A stretch of DNA of 64,000 bases from an uncultured Bacillota bacterium (lineage in GTDB: Bacteria > Bacillota > Clostridia > Christensenellales > UBA1242). The stretch is from assembly GCA_946495675.1 (NCBI GenBank), contig CAMMDQ010000003.1, forward strand, positions 453 through 64,452, read 5' to 3'. This document shows, piece after piece, positions 19,620-31,028 of the stretch (position 1 is its first letter; each line of letters opens with the position of its first letter). Both the position numbers and the translations under genes were made by a program. The notes below the pieces were generated by a model, which saw only the letters and a list, made by a program, of their open reading frames with translations, made no database searches and had not been told where the DNA came from.

Positions 19620-21683
19620 TTATCCTTTGGTTATTGCAAAATTTTTTATGAATTTTGAAGGATTTTTGCTGCTCACAAAGAAGAGTTTGTGAAGGGCTCT
19701 TGTTGAAGAGATATAAAGAATGTTTTTATCAAGATTGTTTTGATAGTTTTCTTCGTCTGCATTTGGAATAATCACTGCGTCAAATTCAATTCCTTTTGCT
19801 GTTGCGCAGGTTGTAACAAGAACTTTGTTTTTATAGTCCTCAGGTTCCTTCATCAGAGTGTAGTCAATATTTCCATTGAGCTGTTTGCAAATTTGTTTTG
19901 CTTCTTTATTGCATTTGCAAATAATTGCAATGTGGTCAAATTCTGAGCAATTTTCTTTGATCAGTTTTGCAATTACCTTTCCTTGATTTTCAGTGACGAT
20001 CATTTTAGGATCTTCTCCACGACGATTTACATATTCAATATTTTTGATACCTATCATATTGTTTGCGAAGGAAGCAATCTCTTGTGTTGAGCGATAAGTT
20101 TTGTTTAAATTGTAAATCTTGCAACCAAGAAAATCTGCGGTCAGCCCAAGATATTCTTTTGAAAGAGTTTTTTCAATGCACTGGTTGACATCGCCAACAA
20201 TCATATAAGGGCAGGACCAAATCTTTTTGAACATATAAATATCAACTGGTGTAAAATCTTGCATTTCGTCTATGATAAGATATTTGGCTGAAAAATCGTG
20301 GTCGAGGCCATAAAGGTAATGTTTGATTGCAAGGTAAGTGCCTTTGTCCATATAATGAATTGTCGCACTTTTTCGAGCCGAAAGTTTTTCTCTAGCCATA
20401 AAAATCTGAAATATCTGTTCAACATCTTTTAATGGCATAAAAGAATATAAAATTTGCTTAAAACGATCTTTAAGACCTCGATGTTGCATTTTATTGTAAT
20501 GTCGTTTTTCAGTAAAAACCATTGCATATTGCCAGGCAATTTTGTTTATTCTTTCATAAAAATCATATCCTTTGAAAGTTTTGAAGAAAAGCCTTCGCGT
20601 TTCTTCTTCAGTGAAAACAATTTCTTCGTTTTTTCCATCATCGTTTTCTTTGATCACATACTTTAATGTTTTTGGAGTAAAAATGTCTGTCAGTGGACCT
20701 TTTAAAAATCTTAAAAGGCTATCCAAAAATTCATAAGAAGATTTGTATGAAATTTCATTGAGTTCTTTTTGATTTGCCTCAGTTGCAATATCATCCAGCA
20801 TTTCTTCCCTTGGTTGAACAGGCTTTCGCAGTTCTGTTTTCACAATTTGAGCGAATGTTGTTTCAACAAGATCGTCTTCCCCAAGCTGCGGCAGCACTTC
20901 GCTGATATAGCTTGAAAAAATATTGTTGGGGCTTAGAACCAGAATGTCGCTGCTCTTTAGAGATTTACGATGCTTATAAAGAAGATAAGCGGCTTTGTGA
21001 AGAGCGATTGAAGTTTTGCCCGAGCCTGCCACACCTTGAACCAAAATGTTATCATTTTTTTCAGTTCTGATGATTTCATTTTGCTCTTTTTGTATGGTCG
21101 AAACAATTTGACGCATCTTATCAGATGCATTTTTTGATAAAATTTGTTGCAAAATTTCATCATTGATCGTTAAATTTGTATCAAAATATGAAAGAAGTTG
21201 TTGATTTTCAATCTTATATTGTCGTTTTAGAGTAAGCTGCCCCTTAATAATTTTGTCTTTTGCCACATATTGAGCATTGCCTAGTTCGTATTCATAATAC
21301 ATCGAGGCAACTGGGCTTCGCCAATCGACAGCGTAAACTTTTTTATTGCTGATGATTGATCCTAGACCAATATAAATTTTTTGCAGCCCGGAAGTTGTTT
21401 TAAAATCTATTCGTGCAAAGTAAGGGGAGCTGTTTTGAAGTTTTAGTTTACCAAGTTCTTTTTCAAGGTTAAGTTGCTGCTGTTCAATCTGCGACAGGTG
21501 CGAGAAAGTCGACGACAAGTCTTGACCTTGTTTATATTCGTAAAAATTGTTCCCAAGTTCCAACCGTTTTTCTTCAAAAAGATTCCGAAGGTCAGCAAGT
21601 TCAACTTGTGCTTTTTCAATTTTTTTGTTTATAACTTTGATAGTGTTTGATAAGTATGTTTTTTCTATCTCTTCCATTTCCAT
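19620..21683 (-). CDS. helD: HelD-type UvrD/Rep-family helicase (RNA polymerase recycling factor-like)
   Basis: N-terminal coiled-coil arm, Walker A VQGVAGSGKTSIALHKAAYLLY, a DEMQD box (IIDEMQDF) and C-terminal motif GIEFDAV. Size and architecture match helicase IV/HelD. Confidence 0.7.
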   Translation of the reverse strand: MEMEEIEKTYLSNTIKVINKKIEKAQVELADLRNLFEEKRLELGNNFYEYKQGQDLSSTFSHLSQIEQQQLNLEKELGKLKLQNSSPYFARIDFKTTSGLQKIYIGLGSIISNKKVYAVDWRSPVASMYYEYELGNAQYVAKDKIIKGQLTLKRQYKIENQQLLSYFDTNLTINDEILQQILSKNASDKMRQIVSTIQKEQNEIIRTEKNDNILVQGVAGSGKTSIALHKAAYLLYKHRKSLKSSDILVLSPNNIFSSYISEVLPQLGEDDLVETTFAQIVKTELRKPVQPREEMLDDIATEANQKELNEISYKSSYEFLDSLLRFLKGPLTDIFTPKTLKYVIKENDDGKNEEIVFTEEETRRLFFKTFKGYDFYERINKIAWQYAMVFTEKRHYNKMQHRGLKDRFKQILYSFMPLKDVEQIFQIFMAREKLSARKSATIHYMDKGTYLAIKHYLYGLDHDFSAKYLIIDEMQDFTPVDIYMFKKIWSCPYMIVGDVNQCIEKTLSKEYLGLTADFLGCKIYNLNKTYRSTQEIASFANNMIGIKNIEYVNRRGEDPKMIVTENQGKVIAKLIKENCSEFDHIAIICKCNKEAKQICKQLNGNIDYTLMKEPEDYKNKVLVTTCATAKGIEFDAVIIPNADEENYQNNLDKNILYISSTRALHKLFFVSSKNPSKFIKNFAITKG

Positions 21684-21697
21684 TCCCTCCTTGGCGT

Positions 21698-24256
21698 CTA
21701 TTCTTGATTATCCTCGGCAATTTCTGAATTTTCCTCGTGATTTTCATTTTCATCATTTTGAAGGTTGTTTTCTTGCTCTTCTTTTTCTGTTTGTTCAGAT
21801 TCTTCGTCCTTAGCAGTGATGGCAACACCTACAATCTTATTGCCATCTTTGAGACGCATTATTTTCACACCTTGGCTTACTCTTGAAAGAGCTGAAATTT
21901 GGTCGATTGCTGTTCTGATGATGACTCCGTTATCTGCTATTAAAAGAAGGTCATCTTCTTCATAAGATTGTCTGAGAGCAACCAACTTGCCGGTTTTTGC
22001 ATTAAATACTCCTGCTTTTACTCCTTTTCCACCACGAGATTGAAGCCTGAATTCATCAACATTAGAGCGCTTGCCATAACCATTTTCAGAAATTGTGATG
22101 ATTTGAGAGCCTGGTTTTATGATTGCCATGTCAACGATATAATCACCCTTATCAAGTTTTAAGCTGCGCACACCTTGACTGTCTCTTCCAACGCAGCGCA
22201 CATCTTTTTCGCTAAATCTGATGGCTTTTCCGTCGTGAGAAGCAATCAAAATGTCGTCTTCACCTTTGGAGGTCTCCACGCCAATGAGTTCGTCATCTTC
22301 CATAAGTTTGATGGCGATTTTTCCAACTTTTCTGATGGAAGCATATTCTTCAAGTTTAGTCTTCTTGATCAGCCCGCTTTTTGTTGCCATAATCAGATAG
22401 CCATTTTCTTCTTCCTTTCTTGGAATGATTGTGGTAACTTTTTCGCCTTCGCCAAGCATAAGCAGATTGATCATCGCTCTGCCTTTTGCAGTGCGTTGAG
22501 CTTCAGGCACTTCATAAGCATATAGGCAGTAAACTTTTCCTTTATTGGTAAAGAACATTAATTCATCATGTGAAGAGGTTGCAAAAATGTCTTTTACAAA
22601 ATCTTCATCTTTGGTTTTATGAGCCGTGATTCCGACTCCGCCACGTCGTTGAGATTTGTATTCGCTGACACCCATTCGCTTGATATAGCCTTGATTTGTT
22701 ATCGAAATCACAACATCTTCTTGTGGAATAAGATCGGCGATATCGATACCGCCAGCATCAAGACTTATCTGCGTTCTGCGTTCATCTCCAAAATCTTGTT
22801 TGATTTGTTCAAAATTATCTCTGAGAATTTGAAGAATTCGATGTGGATTTGCTAAAATATCTTCAAGATCGGCAATGGTTCGCTCAAGACTTGCCAGCTC
22901 TTCATTTAGTTTTTCAACTTCCAAAGAGGTGAGTCGAGAAAGTTTCATTTCCAAAATTGCGTTTGCTTGAATCTCGTCAAGTTCAAAGTTTGCAATAAGT
23001 TTTTCGCAGGCATCTTGCTTGTCATCAGAGTTTTTGATAATTCTGATAACCTCGTCTATATTTGCAAGTGCAATCACAAGACCCTTGACGATATGCTCAC
23101 GCTCGCGTGCTTTGTTAAGGTCAAATTGAGTTTTGCGCGCTAAAACTTCTTTTTGATGCTCAAGATAATAATAGAGCATTTCCTTCAAGTTCAGAATGCG
23201 AGGCTGTCCATTGACAAGGGCAAGCATAATGATTCCCGAGCCTTTTTGCAGTTGAGTGTTTTTGTATAGCGAGTTTAAAACAACTTGAGCGTTGGCGTCT
23301 TTTTTGACATCAACAACAATTCTCATGCCGTGTCGGTCAGATTCTTCTTTGATGTCACTTATTCCTTCAAGGCGTTTGTTTTTGACTTGGTCAGCCATCT
23401 GAATGATAAATTGTGCTTTGTTGACTTGATATGGCAGCTCGGTGATAACAATTCGGCTTCTGCCATTTGAAAGTTCTTCAATTTCAGCTTTACCACGCAC
23501 GACAATTCCGCCGCGACCGGTTTTATATGCATGTTTTACCGCAGCTCTACCCATGATGATTCCGCCTGTTGGGAAGTCAGGAGCAGGAATGTATTTGATC
23601 AGTTCGTCGATATCAATCTCAGGGTTGTCAATCATGGCTTGCAAGCCGTTAAGCACTTCGGTAAGGTTGTGTGGAGGTATGTTTGTGGCCATACCAACAG
23701 CAATGCCGTCTGCGCCGTTGATAAGAAGGTTTGGAATTTTGGCTGGAAGAACGGACGGCTGCATAAGAGTGTTGTCAAAGTTTGGATAGAAATTGACAGT
23801 TTCCTTGTCAATATCTTCAAGCATAAGAGATGCAATCTTTGAAAGTCTGGCTTCAGTGTAACGCGATGCAGCAGGTGGGTCGCCGTCAACAGAACCAAAG
23901 TTGCCTTGTCCGTCAACAAGAGGGTATCTTATTGAAAAGTCTTGTGCAAGACGCACCATAGCATCGTAAACCGAATTATCGCCGTGAGGGTGATATTTAC
24001 CCATAACGTCACCCACAATACGTGCTGACTTTTTGGTTGGTTTGTCGTAAAAGTTGTTCATCTCGCCCATGCCATACAAAATGCGGCGGTGCACAGGTTT
24101 CAGGCCGTCTCGCACATCAGGAATGGCACGTGAAACATTGACAGCCATTGCATAGGAAATAAAACTATGCTTTAAGTTGTCAACGGTGTCAACTTTTTCT
24201 ATTTTTGAATTTGCCAAAATCTCTTCCAAAGATTTTTTGTTATCGTTTTTATCCAT
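21698..24256 (-). CDS. gyrA: DNA gyrase subunit A (with acidic C-terminal tail)
   Basis: Active-site region AAMRYTE-like ([10 protein letters not shown]), QRDR-like [14 protein letters not shown] and six-blade CTD repeats. GGAGG RBS 5 nt before the ATG at 24256. Confidence 0.97.
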   Translation of the reverse strand: MDKNDNKKSLEEILANSKIEKVDTVDNLKHSFISYAMAVNVSRAIPDVRDGLKPVHRRILYGMGEMNNFYDKPTKKSARIVGDVMGKYHPHGDNSVYDAMVRLAQDFSIRYPLVDGQGNFGSVDGDPPAASRYTEARLSKIASLMLEDIDKETVNFYPNFDNTLMQPSVLPAKIPNLLINGADGIAVGMATNIPPHNLTEVLNGLQAMIDNPEIDIDELIKYIPAPDFPTGGIIMGRAAVKHAYKTGRGGIVVRGKAEIEELSNGRSRIVITELPYQVNKAQFIIQMADQVKNKRLEGISDIKEESDRHGMRIVVDVKKDANAQVVLNSLYKNTQLQKGSGIIMLALVNGQPRILNLKEMLYYYLEHQKEVLARKTQFDLNKAREREHIVKGLVIALANIDEVIRIIKNSDDKQDACEKLIANFELDEIQANAILEMKLSRLTSLEVEKLNEELASLERTIADLEDILANPHRILQILRDNFEQIKQDFGDERRTQISLDAGGIDIADLIPQEDVVISITNQGYIKRMGVSEYKSQRRGGVGITAHKTKDEDFVKDIFATSSHDELMFFTNKGKVYCLYAYEVPEAQRTAKGRAMINLLMLGEGEKVTTIIPRKEEENGYLIMATKSGLIKKTKLEEYASIRKVGKIAIKLMEDDELIGVETSKGEDDILIASHDGKAIRFSEKDVRCVGRDSQGVRSLKLDKGDYIVDMAIIKPGSQIITISENGYGKRSNVDEFRLQSRGGKGVKAGVFNAKTGKLVALRQSYEEDDLLLIADNGVIIRTAIDQISALSRVSQGVKIMRLKDGNKIVGVAITAKDEESEQTEKEEQENNLQNDENENHEENSEIAEDNQE

Positions 24257-24292
24257 AATTCCTCCAAGCATCTGCTGATGCTTTAAAATTTT

Positions 24293-26269
<1,977 letters not shown>

Positions 26270-26465
26270 CTATATATATTTATATATATTATATTATATA
26301 ATATATCTATAAAAAACACAAGCGATTTTAGGCAAAAAAGGGGTGTTTTTTAGGCCGCAAAGCTTGTCAAGACGGTTTTATCGACAAAAAAATTATGCCG
26401 AAAATTTCGGCAAAAGTTTGGCAAATTGAGCACTCTTATGCTATATTTAATTTGGGTAAGATAAA

Positions 26466-27056
26466 ATGAAAGATTTAAACGAGACTATGGCAGCAAAACA
26501 GCACATCGACTGCCAGCAAAATAAAACACAAACAAACAAGAAACAAGAACTTATTAGATTTTTTAAATTTTTGGCATTCTCCCTTTCAGCCGGAGTTATT
26601 CAACTGGGCAGTTTTGAAATATTATATCACCTTATTGGTTGGAATAATTGGTGGGCTACATACTTAATCTCAATCACTTTATCGGTTATTTGGAATTTTA
26701 CTTTCAATCGCAAGTTTACATTTAAGTCAGCAAGCAATGTTCCGCTTGCTATGGGGCTTGTTCTTATCTATTATGCGGTTTTTATTCCAATTTCAACATT
26801 TGGCGGGGATGCACTCGAGGCTGCTGGTTGGCATGAAACGCTGGTTACTGTGCTTATGATGATTCTCAATTTTGTTACTGAATTTTTTTATGATCGTTAT
26901 GTTGTTTTCAGAAACAGCTTGAACACAAACAATTTGGCTAAGGTCAAAATTAAAAATGCAATTATACAAATGGGACAAACAAAATTGGTAAAAAAATCTT
27001 TGCAAAATTTAAAACTACCTGAAAATATTGTTGTTGAAAAAATTTACAAAAAGTAA
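26466..27056 (+). CDS. GtrA-family membrane protein
   Basis: Four TM helices with the WNFTFNRKFTF motif characteristic of GtrA-like proteins. Confidence 0.65.
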   Translation: MKDLNETMAAKQHIDCQQNKTQTNKKQELIRFFKFLAFSLSAGVIQLGSFEILYHLIGWNNWWATYLISITLSVIWNFTFNRKFTFKSASNVPLAMGLVLIYYAVFIPISTFGGDALEAAGWHETLVTVLMMILNFVTEFFYDRYVVFRNSLNTNNLAKVKIKNAIIQMGQTKLVKKSLQNLKLPENIVVEKIYKK

Positions 27057-27126
27057 ATTTAATATTAATTTCCTTTTTTCTAACAAATCATTTTGTTTTT
27101 GTTTTGCTTTTGGTTAAAATAAAAAT

Positions 27127-27780
27127 ATGAATTTGGCAATTTACATTACACTTGCTGTTGCCTGCTTTGCGCTTGCTGTTCTTAATGGGTTTTATCAAGA
27201 CAGAGACAAAACTTCTGGCACGATTTTTTGCATTGTAACACCTCTGACATTTTTGGTGTTCTCAATAATAAGCGGCAATCTTTCTTCAACTTACAATGCT
27301 TTATATTTGACCATAACTCTTGCTGTTGCTTTTTATGTTGCAACCGAAGCTTGCACCAAATCAAACAATGCAGAAATGATATTGAAAGGTATTCTTAATA
27401 TTGCAAGTGTTGTACTGCTTGTTTTGGGAAGCATATCACTTTCGCCTTTTACAGTTTTTGGCCTTCTGGGAGGGTTTTTGTTTGGGGCAGGATTTGGATT
27501 TATTATGCTTGCAGCAAAAAAAGATTTCTCATTATCGAAAAAGATTATATGTTTTATAGAATTTTTATTTAGCGGTGCAATTTTAGGTTGTTCTTTTTCA
27601 AGTATGCTGACAAGCACGCACATCGTTTCTGCGGCGCTTTATCTTACAGGTGCAGTTTTGCTGTTTGCAAAATATCTTCTTCGCACATTTTTTGGCCAAC
27701 ATCAAACAATCAAGGTGATTTCAAGAATTGTGTTTGGTCTTTCTATGATTGCAATCATCAGTTCAATATTTTTTTACTAA
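27127..27780 (+). CDS. polytopic membrane protein, function unknown
   Basis: 217 aa and about 7 hydrophobic segments. No motif recognised. Confidence 0.5.
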   Translation: MNLAIYITLAVACFALAVLNGFYQDRDKTSGTIFCIVTPLTFLVFSIISGNLSSTYNALYLTITLAVAFYVATEACTKSNNAEMILKGILNIASVVLLVLGSISLSPFTVFGLLGGFLFGAGFGFIMLAAKKDFSLSKKIICFIEFLFSGAILGCSFSSMLTSTHIVSAALYLTGAVLLFAKYLLRTFFGQHQTIKVISRIVFGLSMIAIISSIFFY

Positions 27781-27786
27781 AAAGTG

Positions 27787-27815
27787 TTGACAAAAGGGTG
27801 ACAGATGCATATAAT
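27787..27815 (+). promoter_or_regulatory. consensus sigma-A promoter for tRNA-fMet
   Basis: TTGACA, 17 nt spacer, TATAAT, positioned about 26 nt upstream of the tRNA 5' end. Confidence 0.7.
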
Positions 27816-27841
27816 ATATCTTGTCAGTAAAACAGAGATGG

Positions 27842-27918
27842 CGCGGGATAGAGCAGCTCGGAAGCTCGTCGGGCTCATAACCCGAAGGTCGTTGGTTCAA
27901 ATCCAACTCCCGCAACCA
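27842..27918 (+). tRNA. initiator tRNA-fMet (anticodon CAT), CCA encoded
   Basis: The cloverleaf folds by hand as 7/4/5/5-bp stems. C1xA72 mismatch (CGCGGGA...TCCCGCA-A-CCA), three consecutive G-C pairs closing the anticodon stem (TCGGG/CCCGA), and a CTCATAA loop. Confidence 0.9.
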
Positions 27919-28059
27919 GTATAAACAAAGGGATGTAGCGATTTTACCGCCTTCAAAAATTGTGTTTTGACACCAATTTTGACACCAGAAAGGAGGTATA
28001 AAATTAGGTAATAGTATTGTTATTTTCCCTTAAAGACCAATAAAATGTTGGTCTTTTTT
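27874..28059 (+). repeat. attL: 186-bp direct repeat (45 nt of tRNA 3' half plus a 141-bp trailer with two TTGACACCA motifs and a terminator hairpin)
   Basis: Base-for-base identical to 41657..41842 when aligned by eye. Confidence 0.9.
28032..28059 (+). terminator. intrinsic terminator (within attL repeat)
   Basis: aaagaccaa-taaaatg-ttggtcttt stem followed by a T-run. It also abuts the stop codon of the minus-strand 232-aa gene. Confidence 0.65.
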
Positions 28060-28756
28060 ATTTAACCTTTTTCTTAAGTTTTTCATATTCTGTCTGAAGC
28101 TGCCAAACTATATTTAAAAGTTGAGCCTTTGTCTTCTCTTCAAAATATGAAAAATCGTAATGTTGTTTAGGATCATATGCCGGGGGAATATCTTCCTCAT
28201 TTATAGACTCTTTCTTCTCTTCAGAATCTTCTTCAAACAATTTCTTTTTCTGTTTTTGTTGAGCTTTATAATTTTTAACATATTCTCGAATTGACAAAAC
28301 AGACATATCAGGTCTGAGAACATTATTTTTTATATCAACTCTCAACTGATCAGTATTTACTGTTAAAAGCTCAAAAAGTTTTGACTTTGAAAAACCGAAA
28401 AATTCTTCAAGTATTACAGGCTTGTCAGTTTCTTGTTTAACAAATTTTTCATAACAACTACAAAGCCTACTAACTGCTGTTTCATCTAATCCCAACCCTT
28501 GCATAATATTTTCAAAAAACACATATTCATTTTTCTTAGTAACAAATCGACTATAATATGTAAGATGGTAATTTTTGAACAATTCTCGAACTTTATACAC
28601 ATAAAAACAAAGCTCAGCAAAAGCATTTTGACCTTTTGCAAAAATCTTATTTATTTTCTTCAGATATTCATTTAAAAGTTTAATTCCTTCAGAGCAATCA
28701 TGATCATAAGGTTTTAAATCAAAATCATACTCTTCAATCATTTTAAAATTTTCCAT
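28058..28756 (-). CDS. prophage cargo protein, function unknown (232 aa)
   Basis: GGAGG RBS. Acidic/lysine-rich C-terminal third. No motif recognised. Confidence 0.6.
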   Translation of the reverse strand: MENFKMIEEYDFDLKPYDHDCSEGIKLLNEYLKKINKIFAKGQNAFAELCFYVYKVRELFKNYHLTYYSRFVTKKNEYVFFENIMQGLGLDETAVSRLCSCYEKFVKQETDKPVILEEFFGFSKSKLFELLTVNTDQLRVDIKNNVLRPDMSVLSIREYVKNYKAQQKQKKKLFEEDSEEKKESINEEDIPPAYDPKQHYDFSYFEEKTKAQLLNIVWQLQTEYEKLKKKVK

Positions 28757-29138
28757 TTTTACCTCCGCTTAACTCTTTGATTTGCTGATTTAATTGGTCG
28801 CAAACATCAATCCATTTGACAAATTTTTGTGGATAGCAATGCTCCTCATTATTCATTATTTTAATTTTGGCTTTTAACTCAACTTTCACTTTTTCAAGTT
28901 CCTGAATTGCAAGTTGTATTTGATTTTGTTTTAACTTATTAGAACGTTGTATTAGTAGAGTTTTCAATTTTTCTTTTGCATTTAACAATGCTTTTAATTC
29001 TACAATCACTTTGTCTTTTTCTTCAAGTTGAGTTTCTACAACACTTTTATCAAATATATATTGCAAACAAAGTTTAATAACACGATCTTTTGTTAGCGTT
29101 TGTAAATACTCTCTTGTTGCTTTTTCTTTGTCAGTCAT
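28743..29138 (-). CDS. prophage coiled-coil protein, function unknown
   Basis: Heptad-rich sequence. The second ATG (29138) has a GGAGG 5 nt upstream. The track ORF starts at 29150. Confidence 0.55.
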   Translation of the reverse strand: MTDKEKATREYLQTLTKDRVIKLCLQYIFDKSVVETQLEEKDKVIVELKALLNAKEKLKTLLIQRSNKLKQNQIQLAIQELEKVKVELKAKIKIMNNEEHCYPQKFVKWIDVCDQLNQQIKELSGGKNGKF

Positions 29139-29153
29139 CTTTTCCTCCATAAT

Positions 29154-29387
29154 TTATTTTCTTTTTGAAAGAAGCCGTCTTTTCTTTCTTAAATATTCAG
29201 GTGTTGCTTTATACAACAAAGCATACTCATAACAACCGTGTTCTTGCATTACAGAACTTAACAATTTCTCATTGCCAGTCTTTGAGGCTATTTTTAATTT
29301 GACCTAGCTTTTATGATAAGCCTTTTCAAGTTGTTCTTTAGAAGAACTCAAAGCAAGCTTTTTATGTTTCTTTTTAAAAAATGCCAT
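29154..29387 (-). pseudogene. 77-codon reading frame interrupted by one in-frame TAG (29304..29306)
   Basis: ATG at 29387 with a GGAGGA RBS. Translation reads MAFFKKKHKKLALSSSKEQLEKAYHKS-TAG-VKLKIASKTGNEKLLSSVMQEHGCYEYALLYKATPEYLRKKRRLLSKRK-TAA. Both halves are in the same frame. Confidence 0.35.
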
Positions 29388-29422
29388 GTTTTTATTCCTC
29401 CATAAAAATTTTATAAAAAGTA

Positions 29423-29451
29423 TTGACTTTTTGTTTTAAATACACTATAAT
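29423..29451 (+). promoter_or_regulatory. near-consensus sigma-A promoter on the strand opposite to the phage genes
   Basis: TTGACT, 17 nt spacer, TATAAT. Confidence 0.5.
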
Positions 29452-29457
29452 GATAAT

Positions 29458-29543
29458 GTTCTTATTGAACACACATTAATGTGTCAGGCTTATAACTTTT
29501 GTCTATAAGCACGAGGGACGATTTGTGCGCCCTCATTTTTTTT
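29458..29543 (+). ncRNA. candidate ~85-nt small RNA (three hairpins, terminator-like end)
   Basis: Downstream of the promoter lie a palindrome ACACATTAATGTGT (29471..29484), a GCTTATA/TATAAGC hairpin (29488..29510) and a GAGGG/CCCTC stem plus T8 (29513..29543). It ends at the stop codon of the convergent 135-aa gene. Confidence 0.35.
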
Positions 29544-29949
29544 ATTTATGAAACTTATTAAACATTTTTTTGTTTCTATCTTTTTGTTTCGATTTAACAA
29601 AAATTGTGTTTCTAATTTCTTCAACTTTTCTACGAGGAATATCCATGTTTTTGTGATTCTCTCTAAATTTTTCGTTTACAACAATAGGCTTGCCTTCGTC
29701 ATCTTCAATTTCTAAAAAGTGTTTATAATAAGTCTTTTGATTAGTTTTAGGATTTTTATAACCCTTTAATTCAGTCCTATTTGAACCTTTCTTTGAAGAT
29801 AGGGGAACAACAGCAAGCTCATTTCTGACATTATTATCAACAACAACCACTGGCCGAGTTTTCTTGGAGCCAGTTTTTTGTTTGCCCAAATAATTGTCTT
29901 TAGTAGTCAGAGTTCTTCCCCAAGGAATATATTTATTTTTGTGTTTCAA
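29542..29949 (-). CDS. basic 135-aa protein with a PemK/MazF-like signature
   Basis: KTRPVVVVDNNVRNELAVVPLSSKKG resembles the RPxxVx...VVxPxTS strand pair of PemK/MazF SH3-like barrels. Weak assignment made by eye. Confidence 0.3.
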   Translation of the reverse strand: MKHKNKYIPWGRTLTTKDNYLGKQKTGSKKTRPVVVVDNNVRNELAVVPLSSKKGSNRTELKGYKNPKTNQKTYYKHFLEIEDDEGKPIVVNEKFRENHKNMDIPRRKVEEIRNTIFVKSKQKDRNKKMFNKFHK

Positions 29950-29960
29950 AATAACTCCCT

Positions 29961-30986
29961 TTAATCAAGCATAACAGCTTGAATATTATTTTTAAAAATA
30001 TTGTTCAAATCAATATTAATAGGAATTAAACCCTTATCAAGATCTTTTTTAAGAGCATTATCTACTTTGATTTGAAGAACATTATAATCAGAAATATATG
30101 GTTGACCTTTTGCATTATCTATGTAAATATTTTTATCAATAGCATCAATAGGGTCATATTTAAAATTCAACGGTTTTTCAAAATCTGCTCCAATAAGTTT
30201 TTTTACAACGTCAGGAACTTTCAAATTAGAAGAGTAATAGAACCGTTTTTTAAATTTTTCAGTGGAACCTAAAGCTTTCTCAACATATTTTTTTACATAA
30301 GAATTGCAACGTTCGCGACTGCAAATTCTAGAAACAGTTGTGAAACCATAAGCGAAAGAAGTTGCATTATAAATAGGCTCTCCGTCTGTCTCTTTAAGTT
30401 CATGCAAACGTTTTGTCTTTTCAAAATATTCTTTAGAACAATACCCCAGATCTTCTAAAATGCCATATTTATTTTTCTTCTTTGCCCAATGACAACAAAC
30501 CTTTCCAGAATTCACAAGTCCCATTTGTTTTGCAGAAAGACCAGTTATTAACATATGCAAATGAAAACAACCGTCTTGATGCCTTTCGGGAAAAGTCATA
30601 TAAGCAAAAGAGGGGAATTGCTTTTTTAAATTATTAACATATTTCACATAGCAATCAAACACTGCAGACTCGTCAGTTCTATCAATCTTCTGTCTATCAA
30701 AAGTTATTGTGCAAAACCAATCAAAGTCGTTCATATTTAAAAGCATATTCATTAAAATAACTGTTCGATTTAGACTGGCCTCTTTTGATGCTAACACCAT
30801 ATTCTTTTTATAATACCGAATTTCTCCAGTATCTATATTTCTTTGAACAATTTCTCCAGAACTTAAAGTGTAAGGTTCCCACTTTTTTATAATTTTTCTA
30901 TTCGGCTGAAAGTAAAAAGACATTATTGTCTCATTTTTATAAATTCTTTCTTTCGAATATAAATTATAACTTAAATTTCCTCCCAT
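29961..30986 (-). CDS. rolling-circle replication initiator (HUH endonuclease, phiX174 protein-A-like motifs)
   Basis: HUH motif in GCFHLHMLITG and a paired-tyrosine motif SYVKKYVEKAL (compare uYuxKYuxK of phiX A-type Reps). Confidence 0.7.
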   Translation of the reverse strand: MGGNLSYNLYSKERIYKNETIMSFYFQPNRKIIKKWEPYTLSSGEIVQRNIDTGEIRYYKKNMVLASKEASLNRTVILMNMLLNMNDFDWFCTITFDRQKIDRTDESAVFDCYVKYVNNLKKQFPSFAYMTFPERHQDGCFHLHMLITGLSAKQMGLVNSGKVCCHWAKKKNKYGILEDLGYCSKEYFEKTKRLHELKETDGEPIYNATSFAYGFTTVSRICSRERCNSYVKKYVEKALGSTEKFKKRFYYSSNLKVPDVVKKLIGADFEKPLNFKYDPIDAIDKNIYIDNAKGQPYISDYNVLQIKVDNALKKDLDKGLIPINIDLNNIFKNNIQAVMLD

Positions 30987-31028
30987 GAATTAAAACTCCT
31001 TTTAAGTTATAATTTTTCTAATTAAACT

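Noticed and set aside
29304-29306. TAG (or TGA) reassignment, for example Mollicutes code 4 or phage stop-codon recoding
   Set aside because: TGA ends def, the MFS gene and several phage genes at expected lengths. TAG ends fmt and the phage 75-aa gene (37173..37175). Only one in-frame TAG was found, so a nonsense mutation is more parsimonious.
29961-30986. Microviridae-type prophage, because the Rep motif YVKKYVEK resembles phiX174 protein A
   Set aside because: The element has no large jelly-roll capsid or pilot-protein candidates. It does carry a Zot/pI-like ATPase and several tiny TM proteins, so a filamentous-phage architecture fits better.
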